Made by a program: the position numbers and the translations under genes | Assembly (NCBI GenBank): GCA_964270895.1 | Contig: OZ185438.1 | Source: Podarcis filfolensis | Lineage: Eukaryota | Length of the DNA: 64,000 bases | Reading direction: 5' to 3' (one strand) | Shown: positions 52,206 to 63,421 of the stretch, piece by piece | How the letters are laid out: every line of letters starts with the position of its first letter | Numbering within the stretch: position 1 is the stretch's first letter | The notes under the pieces: model-generated | Databases searched by the model: none | What the model was told of the DNA's origin: nothing | Seen by the model: the letters and a program-made list of their open reading frames with translations, nothing else

Positions 52206-53574
52206 TGTGTGTGTGTGTGTGTGTATGTGTGTGTGTGTGTTGGTCTACAAAAATCCATATACTAAGGTAAAGTGTGTGTAAAAATGCCACCTACAGCTAT
52301 GTGAGCAAAAATGGTGGAAGGATAAATATTTTAAAGAAATAAATAACAAGAGGGGGAATCACACAAAAAATGCCTCCAATTCTACTGCATGAACATATTG
52401 TATTTTTATGTTGTGGACCGCCCTGAGATCTATGGATGAAGGGCAGTATGCAAATTTAATAAATAACAACCACAACAATAATTAACAATAGGAAGGATGG
52501 AATAATAGGCAAACTAGAGGCCCCTGGCCTGACTACTTCTGAATGCAAAACTAAGCCATGAATTAACATTATGCCTGAAGCAGCTTTATATTTTGCTTCC
52601 TTCCTTCTTTTTCCCCCATCCTTCCTGTCTCACTAGCTCTTGGGGAAAGCTAGGGAGTGTGAAACAAGGTTGTTACGTTGTTGTTTATATTGTATGTATA
52701 TTTTGGGGGGAAATTAACTGTTTTTATGAATATGAAAAACAATAACATTTGTAACTAAAAAATAAATAAATGTTTGCTTTCTTTAAATGTGTTGGCCTGA
52801 AATCATAACATCTTGTTACATTTTCAGAAGAATGGGGATATAGATGCATATTTGGGATCAGGCAACTGAAAAGTAATCACCTCCTGCTTGTGAAGACAAA
52901 GTCAAACGAATTCAGCATTTCAAACTGGCAACAACCTGTCTGATTAGTTCCATATATGACAATTTGGCAATCCACATGGATTACTTCATCAAATGCCTAA
53001 AGGCATACATGCACTTTAAGATATTCATCTGAGCTCATTTGAACCTTAGTTTAGAGAAGCCAAGGATATTAGAAGTGAACATTTGGTGTAGATATTTTTT
53101 TCTTAGTAGAGGGACAAAATAATTGCCACAAATAGCAATCTCTGTTGTGGACTTGGATTGGTCCCCCCCCCCTTTCTTTTTAAAAGCTTGATAGTTTCAG
53201 TTATTACACATTTTTTTTCCAGTGTAGCAAGAATGTAGATCAGTGGCATCTCTGGAGCAGCTGTGATGTGAGCTATACTGAAGGAACTCTAATAGTAAAA
53301 TTACACTAATGTAATTTTAATTCACAGATTCCATGCAATTCTGCAACATGTTCCAGCTGCTATTTTAGCAAACAACATCGTTAAGTAAAAGCACTGGATG
53401 TTCTCATAGTCTGTTGTGAACCATCCTGGGATCTTCGGATGAAGGGCAGTATACACATTGAATAAATAAAAAATAAATAATGGTGCCTCGACAGGTGGGT
53501 TCTAGCAGTCACAGTCACACCTGGCCAAGAAATAAACGTGTGATCAAATATAGTAACCAGGAAAGTTTGTAGAC

Positions 53575-53710
53575 CAGGGTTTCCCAAACATGGGTCTCCA
53601 GCTGTTTTTGAACTGCAACTCTCATCATCCCTAGATAGCAGGACCAGTGGACAGGGATGATGGGAACTCTACTTCAAAAACAGCTGGAGACCCAAGTTTG
53701 GGAAACCCTG
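53575..53710. mobile_element. hAT MITE (136 bp)
   Basis: TIR CAGGGTTTCCCAAAC; TSD TTGTAGAC/CTCTAGAC. Confidence 0.9.
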
Positions 53711-56084
53711 CTCTAGACTCTTTTAGAGCACAGCTCATTATACTGGGTTCAAATCACAGACGTTTGAGGCTTCTGTCTGCCAGCTCAGAAGTCAAATCAT
53801 ACAAGTGGCATCTGCAACAAAATGCTGCAATGTTTTCTCCCTCCAAAAAGGAAGGCTTTTGTTCAGGTGTCATCTAGCCATTCCCAACAAGCAGGCACTC
53901 TGCAGCTCTTATCCTTGAGTCCCTGTCTCCACCCTGCCCATGGGCTTTTCAAGAAGGGAGTCTGTGCAAAATATTGCCTGGAGAACACTGAAAAGTGCCA
54001 GATTTTGGTTGTTGTTTGAGCACAGCAGTCAACAGTTGTTTTTGTTGTTTTAAAAAAGATTTAAAAGCTTCATTGAAGGTTACTTTGTCTGTCATATACC
54101 ACTCTAGGAAAAAAAGAAAAGAAAGACACACCAAAGCAGTTTACAACTTTGCAGGCAAAATCTTTGACAGCCTCATGTAGTGGGGCCTATCATAGCACAC
54201 AAAAGGCACCAGAAAGGCTAGTGTGAAGCTGTAAAGTTCTTTTTTTAAAAAAAGAACTTTTTAAAAACATTTTAACCTATCAAACAGCAAGAGACAAATC
54301 TCCTCCTCCACACTTCTAAATAATATTCTTTGCATCTCTCTTTTTAAATTCTAATTGTTTTTTAAAAACGAATAAACAAATAATGCAAAACTAATAATGG
54401 ATTTGGGAGTTTTACTGAACAAAATAAAAGTATGGCTCTAATATGGGGTATGGAGGAAAGTGAATCATTTTTACTTCCCTCACCAAAGCCCTTGGATGCA
54501 CCTGTCTGCAGGGTTTTTATACCAGGGACACCTCTCTCATGCCAACAGTTTTCAGGCTGATTACTCACAAAACACTAGGGTAGGTTCAGTAATTCCTAGT
54601 ATTTTAGACACCCCGTAGCTATCCTTCTGAAATCTAGCAGGCTTCATGCTCCCATAAAAGCTACCTGTGGCTGCAAACTGCATCCAATTTAGGAAGATGA
54701 TGAAAAAGCTGTAGACTTTTTATTTTTGAAAAATCAAACATTAGAGAAGCCGGCACAACAACTTCCAGATGTGTCTGCCTGCCTGTAATTGGGCTCCTAT
54801 GCCTGCAAATTTCATGCACTTTGACCAGGGGGGAAAGTTGCAGTTTTATTTCTCTATTTATTTCTCATTATAGTGAATAGAGAACACAGAGCTTTCTTTA
54901 CATAGAGTGGCTTAGAATCCAAATTACAGAATGAAGCAGAGAGAGCACAGAAAGACCAAGAAAGAGACCAGTTTTTTAAAAATCAAAAACAAAACACAGA
55001 TACAAGTTGAATCTTAGGACCTTTTTTCACTCTTTTCCTGTGTTTTCCCTCTAGCCCCACCCTTTCTCAAGGAAGAGAAACCAGTTTTTCCAACTCAGAG
55101 TAAAATAAAAAAAGCAGAGAACATGGAAAAATGCAGTCCTAAGAGATTCGTCCTTTCCATTATGCTAGACAGATCCAAACTGAATCTCCCAGGGACCACG
55201 TTTCATAGTACTTATGATCAGCAAGCTTGCAGCAGCTGGATGGTATGTTTTCCACATGGCTGATTTATTTTCCATCGAGATCAAAGATAAAGAATTTTAC
55301 ATTGGCAGCACCATAACGCCAAATGCATTCTTGAACAAAGTCATGGGGAAAGGACTTGTGGGTTTGGGATGAAGACGCTGTGGGATGTGCTGCATGTTTG
55401 AGCCCAGAAGGATTGCCCAAATTACGTTGCATTCCTTCTGCTTTGTTCCAGGTTCAGACTTAGTCTGCAATTTCCACTATTACAAAGCATGACTTAAGTG
55501 GCGTATGTTCACAGCACACATTCTTATGGGTTTCCTATCAGGGTTCTGTGAGTAGAGTTATCCGTGTGTGTAGCCTCAAGGCAATATCTCTTAAAGACTT
55601 GAGGAGACACTGTTAACCCATGACGTTAAGGTGATGCGTCTGAATAAGAGCTAAAATGGCTGAAGGCCAAGATGACAGTTGCCAGAAGGATGAGGCAAGC
55701 CAGGGGCAAACTGGTAGAGAGACACCCATCCAAACTTCTGTTTGTGACATCTAAGAGGAAAACTTGCTGTTTACTGCTGAATCAGCACAAATGTCAACCC
55801 ACAGAAAGCCCGATTCACATTTGCTCTGATTCAGAAACAGTGAACAGCAGGTTTTCCTGGGGAAAGTGGCAGGACAAAAAAAAGGGCTTCTCAGCCCCAT
55901 GACTTGAAATCACAGGACAAACAGAAGTGTCAATGGACCTATTGAAAATACACATAAAGGTGCTCTCTGAAAGAATCTGTAGTTGCTGATTATCTGAAGG
56001 TCTGATAAGGAAACAGCTGACTTTGGGGGATCAGTTGAGGCGTTCAGTGCTGTATCACCACTTGCCTATTTGTAAATACAAATA

Positions 56085-56325
56085 CAGTGGTACCTTGGGT
56101 TACATACGCTTCAGGTTACATACGCTTCAGGTTACAGACTCCCCTAACCCAGAAATATTCCTCGGGTTAAGAACTTTGCTTCAGGACGAGAACAGAAATC
56201 GTGCTCCGGCGGCACAGCAGCAGCAGGAGGCCCCATTAGCTAAAGTGGTGCTTCAGGTTAAGAACAGTTTCAGGTTAAGAACGGACCTCCGGAATGAATT
56301 AAGTACGTAACCAGAGGTACCTCTG
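56085..56325 (+). mobile_element. pogo/Tigger-like MITE (GGTTA subfamily)
   Basis: TA|CAGTGGTACC...GGTACCTCTG|TA. Confidence 0.92.
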
Positions 56326-56695
56326 TATTACAAAACATCAATAAACCTCTGGCATCCTCATTCTGAAAGAAACGAAAGCCAGGTTAAATGCCGGAACCTG
56401 TCAAACTTCTCCCTGCTTGGATGCTTGGGGGTGTATAACATTAACCTCCTATAAGCAGGAAGAAAATATGAGGGAAATAAAAGAGTAAATTGTATAGGAT
56501 TTGTCTTTCTCTGTTTGATAATCAGCTTGACCTTGAAAAGAGTTTTTCTCTCTCCCTCTCCCTCTCCCTTTCCCTTTCCCTCTCCTTCCTTCCCTTCCTC
56601 CGACATACCTTTTATTTTAGCTGGACTTTTACCAGAAGAACACTTGAGTACTGCCTGAACTCTATTGGGATTCAGATTTGCATCTCACATTGCTT

Positions 56696-56828
56696 NNNNN
56701 NNNNNNNNNNNNNNNNNNNNNNNNNNNNNNNNNNNNNNNNNNNNNNNNNNNNNNNNNNNNNNNNNNNNNNNNNNNNNNNNNNNNNNNNNNNNNNNNNNNN
56801 NNNNNNNNNNNNNNNNNNNNNNNNNNNN
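56696..56828. other. Assembly gap (133 N)
   Basis: Run of N. Confidence 1.
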
Positions 56829-57046
56829 GACAGTATAATATAATTAGGCTGGTTCTCAAGTTCTATGGGCTGCAGCTCTGCTAGAGCAGCAGACTTCCAT
56901 GTATGCAGGAGAGCTCCCTCTCCTTCTCTTGTCCCTTCCAGCCCTCTGCAAACCTTCAAGATTAGCTGTCTTTTAATACTAATTTTAATGTTTTACTTTT
57001 TATAAGCCACTTTGAGGTTTTATTACAATCAAGTAGAATATAAATT

Positions 57047-57396
57047 GGGATGTGGGTGGCGCTGTGGGTTAAACCACAGAGCCTAGGGCTTGCCGATCAG
57101 AAGTTCGAAGTTGGCAGTTTGAATCCCCATGACGGGGTGAGCTCCCATTGCTCAGTCCCTGCTCCTGCAAACCTAGCAGTTCGAAAGCATGAAGTGCGAG
57201 TAGATAAATAGGTACCGCTCCAGTGGGAAACGGCGTTTCTGTGCGCTGCTCTGGTTCGCCAGAAGCGGCTTAGTCATGCTGGCCACATGACCTGGAAAGT
57301 GTCCACCGGCTCCCTTGGCCAGTAAAGCAAGATGAGTGCCGCAACCCCAGTCGGCCACGACTGGACCTAATGGTCAGGGGTCCCTTTACCCTTTAC
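57047..57396 (+). mobile_element. Sauria SINE, full length
   Basis: gggatgtgggtggcgctgtggg...ggggtccctttaccctttac with a 13-bp TSD TAGAATATAAATT. Confidence 0.95.
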
Positions 57397-57709
57397 TAGA
57401 ATATAAATTCTGTTAAATAAACCAAAGCAAATACCAACTCTCCTCCTCCTCCTCCTCCTCCTCTTACCCTCACATATAACATTCAGTAAGGCAGGGGACA
57501 AGATATGTCATACTCACACAGGGAGTTTCCTTCTTTGCTCCAGAAAGCAACAACCAACGAAGAAGAGCAGGGACGAGGTAAAGTACACTGCAGTAACATC
57601 ATCACATACTTTGCCCTATTATATACAGTATTACAGTTTGGGGTGGGAAGGGGGACACACATGGTGTCACTCCTTTCACCAGTTATCTGTGACCATACAT
57701 TAGTTTGTA

Positions 57710-57849
57710 CAGTGGTACCTCGGGTTACATACGCTTCAGGTTACATACGCTTCAGATTACAGACTAAAGTGGTGCTTCAGGTTAAGTACAGTTTCAGGTT
57801 AAGTACGGACCTCCGGAACGAATTAACTATTTAACCCGAGGTACCACTG
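57710..57849 (+). mobile_element. pogo/Tigger-like MITE, internally deleted (140 bp)
   Basis: TIRs and TA TSD intact; the central ~100 bp present in other copies is missing. Confidence 0.9.
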
Positions 57850-57966
57850 TACTATCGTGCCACCTTCAACCATAGAGCTAACACCTGCTGAGCTGGACCA
57901 CAGCTCTCACCTTTTTAGACCATTCGCCATGGGGATGATGAGAGTAGAGAGTCCAACAACACTTGG

Positions 57967-58803
57967 TGTCAAGGGGGCTTCCCAGCCGAGAAACGCACAT
58001 GGCAGAGAGTTAAGTATTTATTGTCAAAGATAACACTTGCAGTCGCTTCTACAGCTCTGGATATCTACGCACCGCAATCTAATGGCTAGGCAGCTATTCC
58101 CAGTGAAGCTGCTGAAGAAAGCATATAGTGTTCTGCTAGAAAGATGAGGAGGTCAAATCAGTCATGATCAAATGGGCACAAGATATAGGACGTAATATAC
58201 AATTTGAGGACTGGGAAAAATTGTGGAAAGTAGATTTGAAATTTACAGATTGTTCTCTTTTAAAAGAAAATTATATGAAAATGATGTACAGATGGTATAT
58301 CACACCAGTACAAATAGCAAAAATGTATAAAATTGGGTCAAATATAGGAAATGTAAAGAAAAATAAGGTACTTTTTATCATATGTGGTGGGAATGTAGAG
58401 AAGATAAGAAAAGGGAAATGATATATAATGAATTGAAAAAAATGTTTAAAAGGACCTCCACCCGTTTATGTACCTTCCCCCGACAGGCTGCTGTACGCAT
58501 GTAGCCTGTGTGGAAACATCCTCTGTGCATCCTGTTTCAACCCCTCCCCCCCGGTTCTGGAAGACAGTGTTGCAGGAGAGGGTGGGCAAGCACCTGTCCC
58601 TTCAGTTCCCTGACCTGCTTCTTCCTCCTCCTCTTCTTCTGACCCATGCTCTGCTCCACCTTCCAGCTCTGAAACTTTCCCTGCCTCTGATTCTTGCCTC
58701 CTGCCTGGTACAGGCCCCCACAAACCACTGCTCCCCCTCTCCCAAGTCCCAAGACTCCAGCCCCCTGCCCCTAATGCACACTAACCTGCCAGTCCCTGAT
58801 ACA
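57967..58803 (-). mobile_element. Gypsy-like solo LTR interrupted by an L1 fragment, inserted in a hAT MITE
   Basis: Minus strand begins TGTATCAGGGACTGG (cf. the 42583 LTR) and ends ...CAATAAATA...CCCTTGACA. The flanking MITE halves rejoin as ...caacaacacttgg|tgaagggccacagg. Confidence 0.65.
58139..58457 (+). mobile_element. L1 ORF2 internal fragment (no 3' end or polyA)
   Basis: KDEEVKSVMIKWAQDIGRNIQFEDWEKLWKVDLKFTDCSLLKENYMKMMYRWYITP, then the frameshifted C..C...H.WW.C knuckle. Confidence 0.88.
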
Positions 58804-58896
58804 TGAAGGGCCACAGGGTCACTACCCAGCCTAGGGCTAGCCTAAATTGATAGGGACATCAACCTGCGATCTTCTACGCAGGTTCAGAATCTAAGC

Positions 58897-59092
58897 CCGC
58901 ACGCACACGGCATCTTTAAACCACATTTAAAGCACATGACTTCCCCTGCAAAGGATCCTGGGAACTGTAGTTTGTTAAGGGTGCTGGGGATTATAGCTCT
59001 GTGAGGGGCAAACTTGCAGTTCCCAGGATTCTTGGAGGGGGTGGGAATTATGTGCTTTCAATGTGCTTTAACTGTTAGGTGTGTATGTAGCC
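58897..59092. mobile_element. Palindromic MITE (ttaaagcacatgac...atgtgctttcaa)
   Basis: Inverted arms around ctgggaactgtagttt/gcagttcccagg; a fragment lies at ~44790. Confidence 0.65.
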
Positions 59093-60199
59093 TCTGTCTG
59101 CATGAGTTCTGAAGTCTTGCAAGTATAGTGCCAAAGCTTGCCTACAAAATACTACTACTAATAATAATGAAATTTGTGAATAAATATATGCCTATGCAGA
59201 GTAAAATGGTCTTTATCCTTTTTAAAATAAATAAATAATAATAATCAAAAATAAATCTTACAAGCTGCCTAGTTTTACTGAGCAGGAATGTGTCTGCCAC
59301 ATGGCTCTCTCACTGGAAATAAGTATGCTATGCAAGTTGGAAGAGAATGGAGCACAGGATATATAGGTCAGGTGTTTTCCCTTATGTAGGTTTCTTTTCC
59401 TGAGAAACACCTTTCCATCCAAAAACGCACAGCCACCTGGGTATTTCCAGCCTGAACTCAAATCTCCCCCTGCCCCTAAAAGAAAATATGTTCAGTTGGC
59501 AATCCTCCCACTACAGAAACTGCACTCAACTCCAAGTTAATATCAGCAAATTTAAGTGCGGGGCATAAGAGGTCAGGCAGCTGTTTTTAAATGTATATCT
59601 ACAACATATACGGAAGATAAAGGCAAAATCGAAACTGTGTTGTCACAACCAATAGGAATGTGCAAGCAATTTATCACTGATATAACTGATAATTTTTAAT
59701 GGGGATGGGAAACACAGGATTAGACCAATTTGCAACGACATCTGTACATCATCTCATACACTTTTGCTTGCATGCATTGTGTTCATACATCTGTCTGAAT
59801 TACAGCCACAAGCTGTCTCAGAGGGGAGGAAAAATGAGCTGTTCTAATTTGGCACAGCAGCCTATGTGTTGATGTACGGCATTTAATTTAGCTAGGATTT
59901 ACATATTCCTTATTTAAGCCATACATCAAACTGCATATAACACATTTTTATAGCTGGTGCCTCACTGGTTATGGTACCACGCCCGCCCCCCGCAATGCAA
60001 ATTAGGGTCCCATGGTCACTGCAGGTAAGCACCTAAGGTTCAGAAGAATATAACATAAGAAGTATCCTGTTGATCAGACCATTGGTTTTCCATCAAGATC
60101 TAATGGATCGGTGAGCCAAAGAGACATCTTCAGTGGTGTCCCCATCTCTTTGCGTCTCCATCCCAAGAGCCCCTTCTTTATTATTATTGAGAATATTAT

Positions 60200-60495
60200 A
60201 ATGCATGCAGCACATAAACTATGGAACTTGTTCCCACAGGGGGCAGTGATGGCTCCCAACTTGGCCATCTTTAAAAGAAGAATGAGGAATTTAATGGAGG
60301 ATAAGGTCATCAATGGCTACTAGACATGAAGTCTATCCTCTGCGGGCATGGTTGGAGGCAGTAATGCTGCGGAATACCATTTACTGGAAAATGCAAGACG
60401 GGAGAGGGATCTTGTGCTCAGGTCCTGCTCAGTTTCGCATAGGCATCCAGGTGGCCACTGGATGTGCCATTGGCCTGGTGCAGGTTCTTATCTGT
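60200..60495 (+). mobile_element. CR1 LINE 3' end
   Basis: ORF2 C-terminus KLWNLFPQGAVMAPNLAIFKRRMRNLMEDKVINGY* followed by the 3'UTR. Confidence 0.88.
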
Positions 60496-60892
60496 TGCAA
60501 AAAGGCTTTGAAAATGCCTGCATTTTAATCTACTTTTAATTAAAGAGTTGTGCTAGGCATTAGCAGGTGGTATGATGGTGCTGCACAGTTCCCTGACTTC
60601 CCTCTGGCTGGGAATGGGAATGAAAATGGGAAGAGTGAGCAGCAGCAAGTGTAGGGCAAACCTTTTTGTACTGCACTGATCTCACCACTGCCTCTCCATC
60701 CTAGTTTGCATCATCAGTTGCTGGGTTTCACAAGACTGCTGGTTTTACTTTACTAGTAGTATTTTCCACTGAAGTGTTTGTGCTAGGTTTTGAACTGCTC
60801 TTGCTTGCTTTTTTGCAGTTACAGGTGACTTGATTTTATGACACTGTTGTTGAATGGTTATTATCATCTGAAATATTGGGGCTCACATAGTT

Positions 60893-61100
60893 CAGGCACG
60901 TCCAACAGGTAGATCGTGATCTACTGGTAGATCACTGAACGTCTGTGGTAGATCACTGGATCCCCCCAAAGTAGCTCAACTACTTTGCCCTGCACCCCCC
61001 AAAATGGGGCTTCCCTCCTCCCTAAAAAAAACACAGGGTTTTCCTTCTTTTTCCTTCCTAAAAACGCTCCACAACTTTGACCTGAATCCCCCAAAAGGGG

Positions 61101-61144
<44 letters not shown>

Positions 61145-61217
61145 GATGATAGATAAATTATTGCCAGTTTTTAACTCTGTGAGTAGATCGCAGTCTCTTG
61201 GGAGTTGGCCACCCCTG
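60893..61217. mobile_element. hAT non-autonomous element (325 bp) containing (AAT)n
   Basis: CAGGCACGTCCAAC...GTTGGCCACCCCTG with perfect TSD ACATAGTT; repeated GTAGATC subterminal motif. Confidence 0.9.
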
Positions 61218-61448
61218 ACATAGTTCATTGGTTTAAAAAGACACCCCTTCTAAAGTGAGATACAAGTGTGTACATAATTTTTTAAAAAGTATCATCTAAT
61301 ACATTGTGTTTTCCAGAACAACCACTGGCAAGCACACAAGCCAGACAGGAAAGCAATATCTCTCTGCCTCTGCTGCTCCCCAGAAGCTGATATTCAGAGG
61401 CATGTTGCCTCTGATCCTGGAGATAATATCCAATGATCATGACTAGTA

Positions 61449-61829
61449 AAGGTCAAAGGTCAAGGACCCCTGGAGGGTTACGTCCAGACAAAGGCGACTA
61501 TGGGGTTGCAGCACTCATCTCACTTTCAGGCCGAGGGAGCCAGCATTTGTCTACAGACAGCTTTCTGGGTTGTGTGGGCAGCATGACTGAACTGCTTCTG
61601 GCACAACAGAACACCGCAATGGAAGTCAGAGCGCATGGAAATGCTGTTTACCTTCCTGTTGCAGTGGTACCTATTTATCTACTTGCATTTGCGTGCTTTG
61701 GAACTGCTAGGTTGGCAGGAGCTGGGACAGAGTAATGGTAGCTCACCCCATCACAGGGATTTGAACCGCCAACCTTCCAATTGGCAAGCCCAAGAGGCTC
61801 AGTGATTTAGACCAGAGCAACTCCCACGT
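61449..61829 (-). mobile_element. Sauria SINE inserted in an old CR1 3' remnant
   Basis: Reverse copy of the 13161-type subfamily, flanked by a ~31-bp imperfect direct repeat. Confidence 0.9.
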
Positions 61830-61879
61830 CTGGAGATAACATTCATGATCATGACTAGTATCTACTGATGGGAACATAA

Positions 61880-62050
61880 GGCTGCAATACTCTCCCCACT
61901 CACCTGGAATTCAATAGGAAATACCCCTAATGGACATGCTTAGGATTGCACTGAAACTGCCCATTAGACTGCAATCTTAGACATGTTTACCTGGAAGTAA
62001 GTCTCAGCAGGACTTACTTCTGAGTAGACATGCCTATGATTGCACTGTTA
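61880..62050. mobile_element. Two adjacent old ~90-bp palindromic MITEs (TGCAAT...ATTGCA)
   Basis: ggctgcaat...ggattgcac twice; related remnants at ~21230, 27680, 36100, 44430 and 51548. Confidence 0.55.
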
Positions 62051-63391
62051 ATGACTAGATTTATTCTTTAGGTTAAAAGCAGAATAAGGGCTTCTTTGCC
62101 CCTTACACCTTTTAGGTATATTCCTATACTACTTGAAACATACATGCAAAAATATCAAAGTGTGCATGTGCCAAACAAGTGCTTGTAATTGTGAATTATG
62201 CAAGTAAAGAGCTTGCTGTGATTCACTGTCAAATCTGTGCTTCATAATAAACCTGAGTTTCCTGCCATGTAACAGCAGTTTACGAGGCGTTAATTAGACT
62301 GCAGGACAGTTAACAAAAACTGCACAGATGCTCTGGGTAATCATAATAAGAAATCAAGAGACAGCCCAATTTTATTTTTTTCTTTTGCATTCAAATTCAT
62401 TCAAGTTGGAAGGCAGAAGTTCCCGCCTTCAGTTATATTGAAGAATTCAAATTTATATAACACACAATTTGGCACTCTTAGAGCAAAGCAAATTTTAATA
62501 AAATAAATAAACATGGAAATGTCACCTATCAAATATGTTTAAAGTCCTTTCATGGGTTTGTTTGTTTGTTTGTTTAAAAAAACATTTTCTCCTGTTGCAA
62601 ATGGGCAACCCTGCTTTTCAGTAAACTATTTAATATGCACTGTATTAATAACATCTGTATGTCTTTCCTCCTGATTCACTAGGGCAGTATTGAAGTAAAC
62701 AGTTCTGCTAGTGCAAGGACTTTTAGCTTCCCGATGGAACTTCCTTGCCTCTTTCCTCTCCCACATGCTTTGTGCATCTACTTAGGAGGATTTGGGAAAA
62801 CTCTAAAACAGATTTATGGGTCATATGGGGACACATGGACAAGAGAGGGCATGGAAGTTCCTCTGCACAGCTGAAAGTCCTTGCAGTGGTGGAACTGTTT
62901 AGTTCGATTCTGCCCATGGTCTAACTTATGACGCTTCTAACTGTGCCATCCTGTGCTCATGCTCTTGCCTTGTGGCATAGGGGATCTTGGGAATTAAGTA
63001 TTCTGTTGTCATTTGTTATATAAGGGGGTGCCTTGTCATTTAACACAAAACTCTTGCAATATTAAAAAGTGCTAGTTTTTACAATGAAATCCTATCATCC
63101 TATCATCATGAGTAGAATCGGACTTTGTGCCATGGAAGCATGGGACTTACTACCACATCAGTATTATTCATTGTTTCACAATGATTAGCCCCGCGCCTGA
63201 TACTGCGCACACCGGCTTGTCTCACCTCTAAGCATCTGCACATGCAACATAGACATCTTCAGCAAAGAAGCTTTTGTGTATACAGCAGTGTTTGTGAAGG
63301 TCCCCACATGTTCTGGAGTGCTGCATAACTGTTTTTCCAAACTGTGCGGAATCCTATGCGGGAAGGCCTTCCTGACCCTGATAGGGAAGTT

Positions 63392-63421
63392 TGCATTGTG
63401 CAAGTGGCCGCCAGAGGGCAT
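63392..63421 (+). promoter_or_regulatory. Candidate CTCF site with upstream (U/M2) module
   Basis: TGCATTGTGCAAG-TGGCCGCCAGAGGGCA resembles the CTCF core CCASYAGRKGGCRS plus the TGCAG-like upstream motif; CpG-retaining context. Confidence 0.5.

Noticed and set aside
60233-60248. CTCF-like CCCACAGGGGGCAG
   Set aside because: Two core mismatches, and it lies inside CR1 coding sequence.
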